Positions 61,703 through 64,000 of a stretch of DNA of 64,000 bases are shown here, piece by piece. The DNA is from Gemmatimonadota bacterium (GTDB lineage: Bacteria > Gemmatimonadota > Gemmatimonadetes > Gemmatimonadales > GWC2-71-9), in the NCBI GenBank assembly GCA_031367105.1, contig JANLPG010000129.1, positions 24,690-88,689 of the forward strand, read 5' to 3'. A program made the position numbers and the translations under genes. Each line of letters starts with the position of its first letter. The stretch's first letter is position 1. Below the pieces are notes generated by a model. The model saw only the letters and a program-made list of their open reading frames with translations. It ran no database searches and was not told the DNA's origin.

Positions 61703-64000
61703 GCGACGTCCTGCAACTCAAGCCGGGCTCCCGCTCGTTCGATATTCGCTGGGTGATCACGATCATCATCGTGCTCAACCTCTGCGGCTTCCTGTACGTC
61801 GGCTTGACGCTGTGGGTCACCTCACTCGGACCCAGGCGGCCGTTTGCGGTGGCCTATGCCGCCCTCGAGCGCCGGATGGAGACGATCCTCAGTGCCAGGC
61901 GAGAGCTGAACCCACTCGCGCGCGGCGTCACGGTGCAGCGATTCGGCGTTGGGCGGGCCGGCGGCTCCACCGTCTGTGCCGATAGCCTGAGGGTCGACCC
62001 CGCTGAACGGGCGCGCTATCCCTCGCTGCGCGACGGCGGATTCCTCGCCGACCAGATTCAGCTGTACAACACCATCCGTCGCAAGCAGGTACGGCTCGCT
62101 CGCCTCGGGCAACTCGACCTCGAGGAGATCTGCGGCTCGCCAACCCCCTCGATCCTCCTCGCCGGTGAAGAGGGCGCCGATTCCAGCCAGCTTTCCCGGC
62201 GCGTTGCCATCGAGAACCTCAGGGTGCGCGCCCCCGTGGCGTCCACCACCTTCGGTGTATTGGGTCGAGGAGCAATGGGGGGAAAGTTTGGACTCACCTC
62301 GCGCGATGGCATCGCGCTCCTCGGTGGCCGCGATTCACTCTCACCGAGTGGATGCCAGCTCCGGGCCGTCACGCCGCCCGGCATCACGGCGCTGCAATGC
62401 CTGGAACGTGGCGGTCCACCGAGAGAGGTCAACTTCAGCGAGGCCGGACGACTCGGCCCGCTGTCGGTCCGGGTGATTCCGGCGAAGCTCAAGCTTCGGC
62501 TCGATGGTGCCCTCGTGCCTCCTGGCAAGGACGTCTCGCTGCCGCGCGGCACGCTGGTGGACCTCCGACTCGGCGACAGCGCGCTCATCGAGCCCGCCGT
62601 GGTGACACGCACGCCGGGGAAACCGCTTGGTGGAGTGCGCTGGATCAACGGCCGGTTGCAGTGGGTCCCGATGCTTCCGGGGTTGCCGATCTATCTGCGC
62701 GACGCCCTGGCGGCCGGCGCGTTGCTGCCCGATTCGCTCGTGGCGAAGTCCGGCGCCGATCGCTTCCTCCGACTGACGATCGACCCCGAGCTCACGGTCG
62801 AGTTGAACGCACGGCTGAATCACTTCGTCGCGGGCGATAGCAAGGTGCTGCGAAGTGACTTGCGCTTCGCTTCGGTCCTGCTTCTCGACATTGCCACCGG
62901 GGAGATCCGCGCAATCGGGGAGGTGGGCCGTGCTCGCGACGGCCTCAGCTGGTTCCGCCAGCCGGTTACGGTGGGATCAGCGATCAAACCGGTACTGGCC
63001 GTGTCGATCCTGAGTCAGCGGCCGGCGCTGGGGTCGCTGGAGGTCTATCACGGAAGCGAGGCAACGGTGAACTCGCTCGGAGGAATCTCATTCGGCACTG
63101 CCACCTTCGAGGTGGGTCACGCCTGCCCGGCGAATCAGTGGATCGGCTTGCGGCGCTTCCTCGCGTGTTCAAGCAACCTCTACGCTGCGTCGCTCACTGC
63201 ATTGGGACTGCAAAGCGCCGAGGGCCAGTCGCCAGAAGTGACATCCGCTGCATTGCAATCCGGCACGATGCGCCAGTCGTCGAGTACCAGTCGCTATTTC
63301 ATCCCGAAGTTGCCGGCCAGTGGAATTCCGGAGCAGCTGTTTCACGCCAGTGCCCTCCGTGCCGGTCTCGATCGCGTATTCGATCTCACCGCGAGTGCCG
63401 AACTGGCGCGCGCGCAGCGCGAGACCAGGCCGTGGGATTCTCTCGCCATCGGCTTCGTTTCACCCGGCGCAGTGCCATCGCTTGCAACCGTCAATCCCGG
63501 ATCGGTGGCCGAGGTGTTTCCGTCGCGACTCGACCTCCTGCCACAAGGGAAGCAGCGCGAGCCGGCCCGGGGACTCGCCACCTACGCAATCGGTGCGGGA
63601 GAGAATCGCATCTCGCTGTTCCGGCTCGGCGAAGCGTATCTGCGGATCATCACCGACCGCCAGGTCAACATCGCGATGACGGCCTCGCCGGTCGATCGCG
63701 CCCTCGAACGGATGCCTCCGCTGGGCTTCTCTCGCGAGGCGTGGTATCCGCAGCTGATGGGGGGGCTGTCGGATGTCTTTCGTCCCGGCGGCACCGGACG
63801 GACGCTCGGTGACGCCGTCCGTCAGCGATTCCACGACGAAGTCCGACCCCTCGGCAAGACCGGCACACTGGGGGACTCCGACGATCGCGTCTTTGCCAAG
63901 ACTTTGGTGATGGCGCTGGTCCCCGCCCAGGCGTTCGCGGGAGCGGCGGCGCGTTGCGGTGTTCTGGCGGTGGTGTACTTCCGGTTCCGGAACTCCACCA
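61699..64000 (+). CDS. divergent penicillin-binding-protein-like transpeptidase (class B-like), 3' end beyond window
   Basis: This frame-1 ORF is open from the GTG at 61699 to the window end; it is not in the supplied track, and the translation is mine. It has an N-terminal TM (WVITIIIVLNLCGFLYVGLTLWV), LTIDPELTVELNARL, ASVLLLDIATGEIRAIGE, SxxK as GSAIKP (about 62977-62988), SxN as CSSNLY and KTG as GKTGTLGD. There is a GTGA overlap with the SEDS-like gene. Confidence 0.7.
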   Translation, partial: MSDVLQLKPGSRSFDIRWVITIIIVLNLCGFLYVGLTLWVTSLGPRRPFAVAYAALERRMETILSARRELNPLARGVTVQRFGVGRAGGSTVCADSLRVDPAERARYPSLRDGGFLADQIQLYNTIRRKQVRLARLGQLDLEEICGSPTPSILLAGEEGADSSQLSRRVAIENLRVRAPVASTTFGVLGRGAMGGKFGLTSRDGIALLGGRDSLSPSGCQLRAVTPPGITALQCLERGGPPREVNFSEAGRLGPLSVRVIPAKLKLRLDGALVPPGKDVSLPRGTLVDLRLGDSALIEPAVVTRTPGKPLGGVRWINGRLQWVPMLPGLPIYLRDALAAGALLPDSLVAKSGADRFLRLTIDPELTVELNARLNHFVAGDSKVLRSDLRFASVLLLDIATGEIRAIGEVGRARDGLSWFRQPVTVGSAIKPVLAVSILSQRPALGSLEVYHGSEATVNSLGGISFGTATFEVGHACPANQWIGLRRFLACSSNLYAASLTALGLQSAEGQSPEVTSAALQSGTMRQSSSTSRYFIPKLPASGIPEQLFHASALRAGLDRVFDLTASAELARAQRETRPWDSLAIGFVSPGAVPSLATVNPGSVAEVFPSRLDLLPQGKQREPARGLATYAIGAGENRISLFRLGEAYLRIITDRQVNIAMTASPVDRALERMPPLGFSREAWYPQLMGGLSDVFRPGGTGRTLGDAVRQRFHDEVRPLGKTGTLGDSDDRVFAKTLVMALVPAQAFAGAAARCGVLAVVYFRFRNST

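Overview
This is a GC-rich bacterial chromosomal segment with strong G/C bias at third codon positions and many long antisense shadow ORFs. Gene content and repeat types resemble a Gemmatimonadota-like soil bacterium, but that is inference only. I support about 60 protein genes, one tRNA-Cys(GCA) and one TPP riboswitch. I recognised no rRNA, CRISPR array, transposase, integrase or phage genes.

Main blocks:
- 1-2167: NCS1 permease plus beta-ureidopropionase-type amidase (pyrimidine/hydantoin catabolism).
- 2924-11003: a compact Sec-type (clade II-like) nitrous-oxide reductase operon, nosZ / nosB-like / nosD / nosF / nosY / cupredoxin. It is preceded by a cupin and a 4-helix mini-protein that mimics helix X of heme-copper oxidase, and flanked by a Crp/Fnr regulator and a tandem DUF2249 protein. 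Two near-identical (T/C)GTGA-N6-TCACA palindromes sit in its promoter regions.
- 12307-16197: CtaG, Sco, an Omp85 protein and small unknown genes.
- 18063-23394: a translationally coupled trio of secreted beta-propeller / FG-GAP / choice-of-anchor-B proteins, divergent from an HD-GYP response regulator.
- 24897-27045: MerR-like / LemA / M48 protease operon.
- 27116-32933: an orphan pseudopilin, a Fis-type HTH protein, a YhaM-like HD nuclease, an MCP and a histone-H1-like Lys/Ala/Pro-tailed protein.
- 33396-55650: a long run of secreted hydrolases (LepB, PD40 proteins, M14, gluzincin-like, M28, amidohydrolase, GH29, an NPP-M28 fusion, DUF885). It is interrupted by a two-component system, Dps and a pRiA4b-ORF3-like gene.
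- 55772-57572: thiC with its TPP riboswitch.
- 57726-64000: a translationally coupled coiled-coil lipoprotein, a 1022-aa SEDS-like protein with a ~470-aa N-terminal extension, and a divergent PBP-like transpeptidase.

The most interesting candidates are the SEDS/PBP module, the accessory genes upstream of nosZ, the three-gene propeller operon, a structured lower-GC spacer between convergent genes (29016-29340), and dispersed palindromic and heptamer repeats. All family assignments come from motif recognition by eye; no database search was run.
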